From NCBI GenBank assembly GCA_036785375.1, contig JAWMAR010000081.1:3658001-3722000 (forward strand): 64,000 nucleotides of DNA. Direction: 5' to 3'. Origin of the DNA: Leucoraja ocellata. Taxonomy: Eukaryota. The translations under genes were made by a program, and so were the position numbers. The notes below the pieces were generated by a model. That model was not told where the DNA came from. It was given only the letters and a program-made list of their open reading frames with translations, and searched no databases. This document shows, in pieces, positions 11,685-23,590 of this stretch (the first letter of the stretch is position 1; each line of letters begins with the position of its first letter).

Positions 11685-12889
11685 GTGGGTGAACTTGCAC
11701 TGTGTAACTTTTATTTTGATGACATTGTTTCCAATTTAACTTCAGATTATATATAGATAAAAATTGTAATCATATCAAATAATAATGTGGTTCAATGGTG
11801 CTTTTATTGTCAAATGTGTGAAGTGCAAATGCACTGTGAAATTATTTACTTACATACAGCCCCAGTAGAATTTTGCCATACCCAAGCACATCCCGGATTA
11901 GCAAATAATACAGAAATAGTCTACTCATCCTGTATGCAAGAGGTGCCTTGTTTTGGCACCAATTTCGGAGTCCAGTCCACGCTCTAGGTATTATGAGTGA
12001 TGCCAATTCCTGCCAAGCCCCAGACTGCTGCAGGCCTCCAACTGTCTCCTTCCTTGGACATTTGGATCGACCATTGAACCCACAAGCCTCTCCTCCCCCA
12101 TCTACCTTTGTTCCCTGGATGCGCCTCCCGCAACTGAACTCGAGGGCGCAGTAGACCGGACCTTGGTTCCCTCTGCTCTCCCAATTGGCCTTGCTCCTCA
12201 CCAGTCTCTCATCTTCGGGGTATGAGCACGGGTCAGTTCAGCAGATTCCCCCTTCCAGGCTGCAGTGTGCTGGATTCTCCGAGCAGGGGCTGGCTCAACA
12301 AGGCCCCCTGTAGGCCATGGTCTGCCGGGTCTTGTGTTTGGCTATGGGGGACCAGCAGTCAACAGAATGTTGCCATTCTGATGTGGAAAAGGATAGAGGT
12401 CCCTTCATGGGAGTTAGGGGTGTGTAGTTGGGGGAATGGAAGAATAGGAAGAGGTGGTGGCAGAGTAGGAATGAGCAAGCACTAGAACATTAAAAAGTAA
12501 AAGCCATGGTCATTCTGCTCCCTGCACTTGTTTTACTATTACTGTTCAATAAATTGATTGTTGATTTTTTAGCTTGATACCAACTTGATCATTGTTCGTG
12601 AATGCCCTCGGTAACTGAGCCTCCACAGCCCTTTTGGACAGAAATGTTTTAATATTTCATATGCTGTGTGAGAAAAAATTCTATTCATCTTAATCACGAA
12701 TGGCTAATGTTTTATTTTATTTACCATGTCCCTTGGTTTTAAATATCCCAACCAGATGTATTATGAACTCTGCATCTACCATGGAATTTTTTTATGGAAT
12801 TCAATGAAATCTGCTCTCTTCTGAATTTTGGAGAGTGCACTCATAATCCCCCTCCCTCCCCATGTAACCTACCAGCACTGGAATCAATC

Positions 12890-13085
12890 TGAAAGAAAGT
12901 GCTGGAGTAACTCTGCGGGTCAGGCAGCATTCCTGGAGAACATGGATAGGTGATGTTTCAGATCTAGTCCTTATTCAGACTGCTGAGTTAATCATTCTGT
13001 GTTTTTCTTTTTTGTACAGCTGAGTTACTCCGGCACTTTGTCTTTTTTGTAAGCCTACAACTGCAGTTCCTTGTTTCTACACCAG
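12890..13085. mobile_element. Degraded fold-back pLTR fragment immediately 5' of an ST3GAL6 exon
   Basis: gctggagtaactc...gggtcaggcagcat followed by the inverted ctgagttactcc...ctgcagttccttg. Confidence 0.65.
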
Positions 13086-13123
13086 AAATGTAGTTTTTAA
13101 TGCCGCTTTCCTTTCTTTAATAG

Positions 13124-13219
13124 CTTATCTTGTCTGCGTTGTATTGTCATTGGCAATGGGGCAGTACTTCGAAATAGGAACTTGGGGAAAAAAATCAACT
13201 CCTACGATATTGTCATCAG
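13124..13219 (+). CDS. ST3GAL6: ST3GAL6 coding exon, sialylmotif L first half
   Basis: LSCLRCIVIGNGAVLRNRNLGKKINSYDIVIR, with canonical AG/GT boundaries. Confidence 0.95.
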
Positions 13220-13911
13220 GTACTTTTGTTTGGTTAAACATTGCCATATGTAACAAGTTGCTTAGTTTAATTGACGCCACTGGATTTTGTTCTCAAGCTT
13301 AATAATCAGATTTCTCATTTAAAAGTACAGCTATTTAAAAGTACACTATGCTAGATGTTATTGTTTTCTAATAGTATAAATACAATTCCCAATGCTCCAA
13401 AAATAACTTATTCTTTTCAAGGTGCATATCCCAATTTTACTAATTGCACGTATTCCTGTTATCCTTGGGAACATTGCTGACTTTCAACATTTTAATTGTT
13501 ATCCTTTTTGTACAAAATACATTGCTTTTTTAGTTTAAGAGGTTCTAGTTAATTTTGGGTTCCTGTAAATCATAATGCTGAGATCAACAATCTTTGGAAG
13601 GGTCTACAATTGTACAAACTGCAATTGTGTTGTGCATTGATAATGCTTTTTGAGTTTTCTGTATGAGTGCCTCTTGCTGTACCATGCAAAATTTAATGGA
13701 ACAGCATCTTAAAAGGCATTTGCAAGGTGATAGCACCTTGTTTTTATGTCCAAGAATGGCTTGGTGCTCTCAGTGAGATGAAGAATTAAGAGGAGACCGA
13801 AGGCATGGATAAAGAAAGGGGACTCTGGGAAGTTTAATAACCAGGAGCAGGAAATTAAACAAATTGATTTTGTTTTGGGCAGTTCTAGTGGAAGAAATTA
13901 ATGAACTGTTA

Positions 13912-14407
13912 AGCCCCTGTTCCACTTTCACAACCTAATTGGCGACCTCTGCGTAACTTCGTAACTCTTCCTCATGCTCGTGAGTGGTCTCCGCGTACTC
14001 GTGGCCTCAAGTAGCTTGCTGCGTTTTGTCCAGCCTGAAAAAAAATGTCCACGAGCTTAAAAAAATGGTTGGCATGGAAAGAATTGATACTTTTTACTCG
14101 TAGGTAGGTCGTAGTAGGTCGTGATGGTAGTCGTGGGTCGGTAACTGGCCCGAGAAAAAAAATGCAAACATGACATTTTATCATGTGATTTTTTTTTTTC
14201 CACTCGTAGCTAGTCGTAGTTGGTCTTGGGTGTGCAGGACTGGGGTCGCGAGGGTCGTAGGAGGGCGCAGACATAGTCGTAGGAGGTTGTAGACATAGTC
14301 GTAGGAGCTCTTTTATTTTAGCGAGTCAACACGACCTTGACATTTCTTTCAACTCATCTAGGGTCTTCTAAACTCGTGGATTAGGTCGTCCAAGTGGGAC
14401 AGGCCCT
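13912..14407. mobile_element. PIF/Harbinger-type MITE
   Basis: Imperfect TIRs AGCCCCTGTTCCACTT / AAGTGGGACAGGCCCT, TTA duplicated on both sides, internal gtcgtag repeats. Confidence 0.75.
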
Positions 14408-15515
14408 TTAGGAGGTGATTCAGACTCTGAAAAGCATGATAATTCTGAATTATTTGCTGTTTCTCAGAGGAGGTTTAGTTTATTGTCACGTGTACCGAGG
14501 TACAATGAAAAGGTTTTGTTGTGTGCTATCGGAATTAATCATTAGTGATGGAGACACATTTGAATTTTAGTATATTGCAAGAATTGAAATGAAGGTGAGT
14601 ATTGTCCTTAAGTAGAGATAGCAATTTTGGTATATAAACACATGTGAGGGTTGTGGACAATATCAAGGTTGTAGCCACACTGGTTTGAGAAGTTTGTATA
14701 ATTGAGCAAAGGACATGAGGTAGATATATCCCATAATGCAATCATTCTACTGATGCATAATAATTCTGTATATGAGAAATGAACATATGAACATGAACTC
14801 ATGAACATATCTGAAAATGCAGTAGCTATGTTAAATTATATCGTCATGTTTGATGTGCTTAGAAGCCATTGGATGTACAACAATGGTGATGTTTTGCATC
14901 ATACAATTTGTGATGCTGCATATACAGTGTACACTCTGGATACTGGACACTAAATCAGAGAGAAAAGTCCCATTCGCTTGCAAGAATTAATATTTATTGA
15001 GTAAAATCATTGTCAGATAAGTCTTGAAGATTAAGGGGAACAATGTAGCCATTCTTAACCTAAGGATTGTGTATAATGCAGATGTAATTCATTTTTAATT
15101 GAGGGCGCTGAATAGAGGTTGCTGGAATGAGCTAATTATGAACGTTGTTTTGTAACTTATCTGTGAGGTGGTTTGCAGTGGTCATTAGTAATTGACATGT
15201 AGCCAATCAAAATGGTAACCTGAAAACTAATAGACAAGATGTACAGCATGATATGTTTACTTGTAGGAAATGAGATCTGAACTAAGTTTTGGAATATAAG
15301 GTGCACTTTGAAGATATGCTCCGCTTATTGGTCATGCTGACTTTTTAAAATTAAATGCTGTGCATCAGCCATATTATTAAATCTCATTGAAGAAATCTTC
15401 AGTTTATTTGCTGGTCATTAGAATGTACAAGGGGACTTCAGGATGGGAGAGATGATTTTGAACCATTGCTACTGTTATTAATTTGCCTCATTGCTCCTTT
15501 TCTGATTCATTTAAG

Positions 15516-15702
15516 ATTAAACAATGGCCCTGTGATTGGATACGAAAATGATGTTGGGAATAAAACAACATTTCGATTGTGTTACCCAGAATCTGTTTTT
15601 ATCGATCGTAGCTCGCGTGATGACAATACTACAATGGTTTTTGTTCCCTTTAAGACTGTGGATTTGCGATGGTTAAAAGAAGTGCTCTTAAAGACGAGAG
15701 TG
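15516..15702 (+). CDS. ST3GAL6: ST3GAL6 coding exon, sialylmotif L second half
   Basis: LNNGPVIGYENDVGNKTTFRLCYPES...PFKTVDLRWLKEVLLKTRV, donor GTG|gtgagt. Confidence 0.95.
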
Positions 15703-17264
15703 GTGAGTTTGCTAAAATTGTCCATTTAAAAGAATAATATTTCATCTCTGATCCAACTGGTTTCCATCATAGGGCTCCCTTACTTATTTGCATGAACATA
15801 GCCATGGGTCGTAAATACTGTGACACACAAAAATCAGATTTTTCTTGCGTTAATATGATGCCCTTTTTTTACTTCTAGCCTCGTTGCCACGTGAACTGTT
15901 TTTTTTCCTTCTTGTAACCCCCCCACCCAGAGTTCTTGATCCCTGTGGTGATGTTGTGAATGGTCCTTAATTACTTTCCCCATTCCTTTTAAGTTCTGCT
16001 AAAATCGTCCTGCCACCTCATTCCAACATTCGAATCGGAAGAATCGCAGACAACATTTTAGAAGAGTCTAGATAAGCGCTTAAATCATCCAGGCTGGAAG
16101 ATGGGATTACTGTGAATGGATGTCTACTGTTTGATGTGGATATTGTGGCTGAATGGCCTGTTTTCATGCTCTTCAATACAAACTTCCACCTCTACAACCT
16201 CTTCTCCATCGGACCCTTAAATATTCTGTTGATTTGAAGAGCTGTGATCATTTCTCATGGGATTAACCTATTTCTACCTATCCCGATGGTGCAGTGACCC
16301 TAATTATAGCACCTTCATGTTGTTTTCTATTTGTTGCACAGTGTTAACAACATTTTCTCCATCTCTCTATATTAATTCAATCTTCCAGCCATCAACAGAG
16401 TTGGCTGCACCATCCTTCAGCAATGCTTTCCAGCTCAATAGCATTGCTTTCCCATTCTGTACTCCTTGACTCCCTTGTAGTTTACATGTCTGTCAGACTG
16501 TGCTTTGGATGTATACAATGACTCCACCTCCACAGTTTTCTGGGGTAAAGAACTCCAAAGATTGTGAATCTCAAACTATAAATTCCTTCTCACCTCCATC
16601 TGAAATTGGTAGCACTTTACTTTGAAACCATGCTGCTTTATCTTAGATACTGCAGAGGAATAACATCCTTTTCTGCATCCATCTTGTCAGTCCCCTTCAG
16701 AATCTGCAGCAGAAAAGTGCAGGTCATGCAGCATATGTGGATGCTGAGGGGTCCCAACCCAAACATCACCTGTCCATTCCCTCCACAGATGCTACCTGAC
16801 CCACTGAGTTCCTCCAGCACTTTCCGTTAAAGCGCCTAATGACTTGCTGTAACTGCATGCTAACTTTATATTTTGAGTCCCGTAGATGCCTTTAGCATCA
16901 TAATTTGTAGTCTTGCGTTCTCTGCCTTCAACAATGAATATCCTCAAATGTTTTCCATTGTTTAGCATCTGCCAACTTCTTGCTCACTATGCTAACCCAT
17001 CTTTCCATCGTTACCAGATTTGCCTATGATAAACTCTTTCCGTTCACTCAACTCATTAATATAGATGGGGTCAAGGCAAGAGCGAGCGTTCACCTCGCGG
17101 CCCTGTTTCCACCACTCCTTCCACCACCACGCACAAGAAGCGACAAGACAGACGCCATTGTGCAGATGCCGAGAAGTGTGGTCATCTCTGGCTGAACAAC
17201 TTCTAATCTTGTGTGTGGACTCGATAAGAAGAAGATTAATATAGATGATAAATATTGGAGGGTC

Positions 17265-17905
17265 TAGCATTCATCTCTGGTAGCCCATCCATTACTGATT
17301 GTCATTCTCAATCTTGTAAACATTCACAAGTCCAACCTCCGCAGTTTTGGGGACAGAGCCTTCTCCAGGGCAGCTCCCAGGCTCTGGAACTCCCTCCCCC
17401 AACTGATCCGCAATTCCGTGTCCCTCACCATCTTCCAGTCCCGCCTCAAGACCCATCTCTTCACCTCTGCCTATCCTTAGCCCCACGTCCCCCTCCCTTT
17501 TCATATGTGCATTAATTGCCTCGTATTGTGGCGGCTCCCAAGGGTCGTGCCATCATACCGTCGAACCCCTCGGCACGGGAGTGGTTCAGTCTGGAGGCGG
17601 CCCTTAGCCAGAGGATTTAAAGGCAGGGGTTTGGGTGCCATCTTTCTCTTGTTTGGTCTTCCCTACAACCGGGAGGAACATAATAAAAGGTGCCTCTCAA
17701 AACACTGGACTTCGTGCTTCCTTTTGAGACCCACGCACTACAATATTGTGTTTTGTATTGAATTCTGTCTTTACTTTGTGTACTAGTCATGTCTCTACTA
17801 TTTATTTCATTCCCCTTGCATGTTTTTCCTCTACCTGCTAAATTTTTGTAAGGTGTCCTTGAGACTCTTGAAAGGCGCCCATAAATAAAATTTATTATTA
17901 TTATT
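17265..17905 (+). mobile_element. L2-type LINE 3' end containing a nested solo LTR
   Basis: FGDRAFSRAAPRLWNSLP...FQSRLKTHLF, then an ataaataaaa-(tta)n tail. Confidence 0.8.
17527..17742 (+). mobile_element. Solo LTR (216 bp)
   Basis: TGTGG...CTACA termini, TATA-like tttaaa, AATAAA at 17682, near-perfect 4-bp TSD (gtat/atat). Removing it restores the L2 tail. Confidence 0.7.
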
Positions 17906-17964
17906 CTGATAACCAAGTTATGCCTACTATTTACTGTTCATTACCCATTCTCCCATTCACCCTA

Positions 17965-18755
17965 TGCGTTTAGTTTAGAGATACAGTGCGGAAACGGGCC
18001 CTTCGGCCCACTGAGTCCGCACCGACCAATGATCCTGACATATTAACACTGTCCTACACACTCTAGGGACAAGCCAATTAACCTACAAACCTCTACGTCT
18101 TTGGAGTGTGGGAGGAAACCAAAGATCTCGGAGTCACGGAGAGAACGTACAAACTCTGTACAGACAGCCCCCTCAACATCTGGCTAGGTTCCTGCATGCC
18201 TCTGCCCTAATATAATTCAAAACTCTTCTGGCAAATTGAATCCCAGTCCTTTGATCATTCTTTGAAGGTCTGAAGAAGGGTCCCGACCCAAAACGCCACC
18301 TGTCCATTTTCTCTAGAGATGCTGCCTGACCCGCTGAGTTACCCCAGCATTTTCTAACAATTGACGGACTACTCACTGGGAATAGATACCAATCCACAAT
18401 TTTGTTGCTACTGAAATACTCAACAAATCATATAAAAAATGCGGACTGTACGCAGCACTGAGTAACTTAACATCTATCTTTTTTTTGTATTTGCTTGTTC
18501 AAAATGTGGTTTGTTTAGTTTAGAGGTATAGCCCTTCAGCCCATTGAGTCTGCGCCAACCAATGATCACCCGTGCACTAGTTCTATTCTACACACTGGGT
18601 TCAATTAACCTACCAACATGTACGTCTTTGGAATGTGGGAGGAAACTGGAACACCTGGAGGAAACCCATACAATCACGGGGAGAATGTACAAACTCCGTA
18701 CAAACAGCGCCCATAGTCTGGCACTATAAGGCAGCAACTCTACCGCTGTGCCACC
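17965..18755 (-). mobile_element. Two HE1/V-SINE copies flanking a + strand pLTR fragment (18265-18355)
   Basis: tttagtttagag tails at about 17968 and 18513, V-domain sequence, and ctgaagaagggtcccgacccaaaac. Confidence 0.75.
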
Positions 18756-18907
18756 TGTTAGATGGAGAATAACTGAATCTGACCCTTGCATAGATGTTGC
18801 AGAATTCACTGATAACAAAAAAGTTGACCTTGTCACTGATTAAGGTGAATGAATTGAATGCTGTAATGTAAATTTAACATTAGTATACTTTGTGATTTTG
18901 ATTACAG

Positions 18908-19045
18908 TCCTTGCGAGGCTTCTGGAAGAAACCACCGTTGGAACTTATTTACAAGAAAGCTCAAGTTAGGGTTCTAAACCCTTCTGTTGTTCAGAAAGCA
19001 GCTTTTGAGTTGCTGCATCTTCCGAAAGTTGTTGCATGGCCAAAG
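18908..19045 (+). CDS. ST3GAL6: ST3GAL6 coding exon
   Basis: SLRGFWKKPPLELIYKKAQVRVLNPSVVQKAAFELLHLPKVVAWPK. The GFWKKP-x-L-x-LIYK pattern is typical of ST3Gal VI. Phase 0 to 0. Confidence 0.93.
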
Positions 19046-19761
19046 GTAGATATGCTCTGTTTTCCTTCCAACTCCTCTTTGTTCTGCATGAAATTCTAGA
19101 GGAGAGTGAGATTGGAATGTCTGTAGCAATTATTAAAGTTGGACATTCTGAGCACTGTCGAATGTTGGAAACTAAAATGACTTCAAAAGGTCCTTGCGTA
19201 AAGTAGAATTTTTTTTTGATTTAATGATTGAATACAAAGGTGGGTGAATATAATATTAATTATACCATTACAGCTATTTCTCTGGCACAGTCTCTGGTAA
19301 CAGGAATGCCAAATGAAATGGCTTCCCTTCCTCAAAATAATATCCACTCTCCCAATGTTAAATCTTTTTTGTTTGTGCATGAACCTCAACTTTGAGCATG
19401 TTGCTTACTTAATGAAACTTGTAAGAACCCCAAAAGTAAAACATAATTTGTTTGTTGGTAAGCTCTGTCAATTTTAAAGTTGGCTCTGTAGGGAGCAACT
19501 TTGTTGTTCAGCCCATGATAATCCATAGCAGAATTGGATCAAAAATCCATTTCACTCCTTTGTTGACATTTGAAGTGCCTAGAAATTCATTCCCAGGTGG
19601 CAGTGTTAAATGTATTGTGTGGCTGTGCTTTCTGCTCTGCTTCTGAAGTTTGGTTTCATCTTGCTCGAGCTAATATTTTATCCGGCAAACGTCATTCTAT
19701 GGTAAGGCTCATGTTTTCTATTAATTCTACTATAATACATTAGATTTATTGTTTCTGGCAG

Positions 19762-19914
19762 CCTCCTCAATATCCAACAACTGGGATCATTGCAATATCG
19801 ATGGCACTTACCATGTGTGATGAAGTTCATGTAGCTGGCTTCAAGTATGATGCTAAGAATCGTAATGGCACTTTACATTATTACGGCAATGAAACCATGG
19901 CAACCATGGAAAAG
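19762..19914 (+). CDS. ST3GAL6: ST3GAL6 coding exon, sialylmotif S and motif III
   Basis: PPQYPTTGIIAISMALTMCDEVHVAGFKYDAKNRNGTLHYYGNETMATMEK, donor AAG|gtaggt. Confidence 0.95.
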
Positions 19915-20916
19915 GTAGGTCCCTGAATAGAACAAGTTTTGTTGTAGATTTTGGAAACTGCTAATAATAAGATTGATGCACAGGATATTTTAGTAGTGGA
20001 AACAATGGGGGAATAGAATATTTTCTACCTTTTGCAACTGCTACAGAGATCTCGGAGGTTAGCAAATGTGATATACAGTAAATTATTTGCATTGGAACTA
20101 AGACATGGCTGTAGTCTGGGATTGCTGTGTCCATGTAAGCACTCTTTATAAAATTACATAAAGTAATTATACAGAAAAGTCTAGCTTGTAAATTACATAA
20201 ATATGCAGAACAATCTTGCAATATTTGCTTTTTATTTTCCTTGACAAAATTTATATGTTTAAAGAAATCTCATAAAACATGGAATAGTAACAACACAGGA
20301 ACACCATGTGTTAATCTAAACGTTTCCCAACTGTCTGCGCAAGGTCCATATCCCTCAATTTCCCTCCTTCAATGTCATATCTTTCAGAATCAAACAATTT
20401 CTCTGTTTACATTGAAATGCCATGAAGAGTGGGTCACAAGCGGCTGAGGCTTTTTCTACCACTAACTACTAAACACATCAATGCGATGGAGATCAATGAA
20501 TTTGTTTTTGTTCAGACAGAGATAGGGAGATACAGCATGGAAACAGGGCCTTCGGTCCACCTAGTCCACATGCACTTGCATTTTTTTAAGCTAATGCTGG
20601 GGTGAAATGGAAAAATGAATTGGAAATACAAGTCCACTTGCGTTTCATTATGTACAAAGGGCATATTACATCAAAGATGGGGGCTGATAGCAATCCTTTT
20701 ATACATTTTTTTAAGATGAGATGCTCTACCAAAATGAAAGCCTTCTACCTGGAAAAAAAAAGCAAAGTTGAGCATGGGTAATTTTGAGTCCAATCAAGCA
20801 GTTGTACCATTTTTAGTTTATGTATTATAGATGAAAATGTTATGAAATATCATACAATCAAATATGTTGGACTATCATGTTTTAACATGATATTAATTGC
20901 ACTGTTGATTTTGCAG

Positions 20917-21006
20917 ACGCAGTATCATAACATTACTGCTGAACAAATGCTTCTGAACAAGTTGAAATTATCAAATAGAATTTTTGATTTGACTGGATCT
21001 TATTGA
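20917..21006 (+). CDS. ST3GAL6: ST3GAL6 last coding exon, sialylmotif VS
   Basis: ttttgcag acceptor. TQYHNITAEQMLLNKLKLSNRIFDLTGSY* contains the catalytic H-x4-E. Confidence 0.93.
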   Translation, partial: TQYHNITAEQMLLNKLKLSNRIFDLTGSY

Positions 21007-21526
21007 AAGGAGCGTCGACATTGAGATCGTTACAACACTGTTATGATATCAATATTAAAGGGAACCACAGCCACTCCTTTTGTCTGGGCTTCCTTCACCT
21101 GTATGGGAACACAAAGCACTCATGTTTGGATCACTGAAAAAAATCTGGCACAGGTGACTGAAACAATTCCTTGTGGAAAAGTGGGAGCTGCAAGTACTCT
21201 TGAGGTATTGAGGTTCACTATCATGGACTATGTAACAATAGATGTCAGAAGGTTTATTCGTTGACAAAAATTGTCGTGGTTGAAGGAGGGTTTTTGCTTT
21301 TGGAAATCTCATTTTAAAAAGATTTAATTAACCAGCACATTGCCTTTGTTTTTGTAAATGATGGAATATATGTATTTTGTTTGTGATTGCTGATTATGTG
21401 AAGTTGTAATTTTGATTTGAATATTATCTGCTCAGGACTGAGGCACGGTTAATTTATTTTGTGATTCCAAGCAAAATTCTCGAGCAAAGTTATTTTGTAA
21501 TCACTCTTATAGTTAAGTTAAATTGT

Positions 21527-21589
21527 AATAAACGTTTTAATAGATTTATAATTCGGATAAAATGGTGAATGTTTCAAATAATTAATAAA
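21527..21589 (+). terminator. Candidate ST3GAL6 polyadenylation signals
   Basis: AATAAA at 21527-21532 and 21584-21589, about 0.5 kb after the stop codon in an AT-rich 3' UTR. Confidence 0.5.
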
Positions 21590-22074
21590 TGTTTGAATTT
21601 TCCTGGAAGAAAATTATCTATTAGCAATTTACATAACACTTTGCAAAGCTAGCGAACATGTGAAGTTCATTCATGTTTCTCTTTACTGTTGCAAGCTGCT
21701 TTTGAGATGTATATATTTTTTGTTCTCTTTGTTATTGGCATTGTTCTGTAAATTGTTTTCCAAATTTGCTCTAATTCCATTCTGAATTTTGTAGACTCAC
21801 CTGCTAAGTAATTGCAACATTTCTGCCTTAAATTTGAAAATGTTAGTACAATTATTTGTCGTTTCATTTTGTATAAAAATAAGTTTCAATGAAGATTTGG
21901 AGTTGTCGCAATCCTTTTATCAATTACTAAGGACATGTACATCCAGTTAACTGCTCTGCATCGTACTGTCAATTATATATTTAAAAAACTGGAGTTCCAA
22001 AATAGACATTCAATTCTGAGTTTTGTCAAAGGAGAATATAATTAAGTGGATAGAAGAAAACGGTCAATGACATG

Positions 22075-22710
22075 TTCAAAACTCTGGATCTGCACCTTCT
22101 GATGTATAGTTCCTGCAGGGGGGGGGGAGTGTAGTTCCCATAGTGCGTTCGGCCGAATGCACTACTCTCTGCAGAGCCTTCTTATCCTGAGCAGAGCAGT
22201 TCCCAAACCAGATTGTGATGATGCCGTACAAGATGCTTTCTACAGCCCTCGAGTAGAAGTACTGAAGGATCCTCAGAGAAACTCTGAATTTCCTGAGGTG
22301 GTAAAGGCACGGCATTTCCTTACTCACCAGTATGTACCTGTACGTCTTTGGAATGTGGGAGGAAGTCGAAAACCTACGCGGTCACCGGAAGAACATGCAA
22401 ACGCAGTACAGATAGCACCCGTAGTCGGGATCGATCCCGTGTCTCTGGTGCTGAAAGTGCTGTAAGGAACAACTCTACCACTGCGCCACTGTGCCGCCAT
22501 GTTGGAAAGTAATTGTTCATGAACCAGGTGGTGTAGGTCTGGCAGTCAGAAGAGAGCATGGACTGAATGGTGGGGATTCTAAATGGTAGATGCTGCTGCC
22601 TTGAGCCAGGACCTCTGTCCACTCCTCTGCAGCCTTTTGCGTTCTAGTGCTTTAGAACTGCTCAACCAGGCCTTGATGCAACCAGTCAGGATACTTTCTA
22701 CAGTCCATCA
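22075..22710 (-). mobile_element. Rex/Babar LINE fragments with an intervening SINE head
   Basis: LYHLRKFRVSLRIL...AVESILYGIITIWFGNCSAQDKKALQRVV, the same family as 49396-50398. Confidence 0.75.
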
Positions 22711-22744
22711 ATTAAATGTAATTGGAATTATTGTGACAATTATT

Positions 22745-23590
22745 TGTGGCTCAGCGGTAAAGTTGCTGTCTTACAGTGCCACAGACCTGGGTTCGAGCCT
22801 GAGTACGGGTGCTGTCCGTATGGAGTTTGTACATTCTCCCCGTGCCATGTGTAGGTTTTCTCCGGGTGCTCCGGTTTCCTCTCACACTCCAAAGATGCGC
22901 AGCTTTATGACTAATTGGCTTCGGTAAAATTGTAAGTTGTCCCTAGTGTCTGTACGATAGAATTAGTGTGTGGGGATCACTGGTCGGTATGGAGTTGATG
23001 GTCCGAAGGGCCTGTTTAAGCGCTGTATCTCGAAACTAAAGTAGGGGAATATGCCAGTCAAGCCTTACACATCACGGTCCTTTAAAATCACCACAGTTAA
23101 ACAGCACATTTGGAAGAAATAACCTTTTTAAACGCTCAAGGTTATACTTTGGTGCTGAATTCTTTTTTGCAGTAGAATCTCTGCACTGAGCCTCAAATCC
23201 ATAAACATGTGCCTCTGGTGCTACCATTTTGCCCGATAGTTGGGATTTGCTGTAATGTATTCATACTTTTCTATAGAGTGGTGCAGCGGTAGAGTTGCTG
23301 CCTTACAGCGCTTGCAACACCAGAGTCCCGGGCTCGATCCCGACTACGGGTGCTGTCATTATGGAGTTTGTACGTTCTCCCCATGACCACGTGGGTTTTC
23401 TCTGAGATCTTCAGTTTCTTCCCACACTCCAAAGACGTACTGGTATGTAGGTTAATTGGCTTGGAGTATGTGTAAAAGAATTGTCCCTAGTACGTGCAGG
23501 ATAGTGTTCATGTGTGAGGATCGCCAGTCAACGTGGACTCGGCGGGCCAAAGGGCCTGTTTCCGCTTTGTATCTCTAAACTAAAATAAAC
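22745..23590 (+). mobile_element. Two HE1/V-SINE copies (about 22745-23040 and 23278-23590)
   Basis: tRNA-like head, ggagtttgtac-ttctcccc V-domain and gaagggcctgttt...gtatct..aaactaaa tail. Confidence 0.85.

Noticed and set aside
14095-14310. CRISPR-like or coding tandem repeat (gtcgtag)
   Set aside because: The units are short and irregular, lie inside a MITE, have no unique spacers, and the context is eukaryotic.
22745-23360. tRNA genes suggested by A/B boxes (gttcga)
   Set aside because: These are SINE heads that continue into the V-domain and CR1-like tail, with no cloverleaf.
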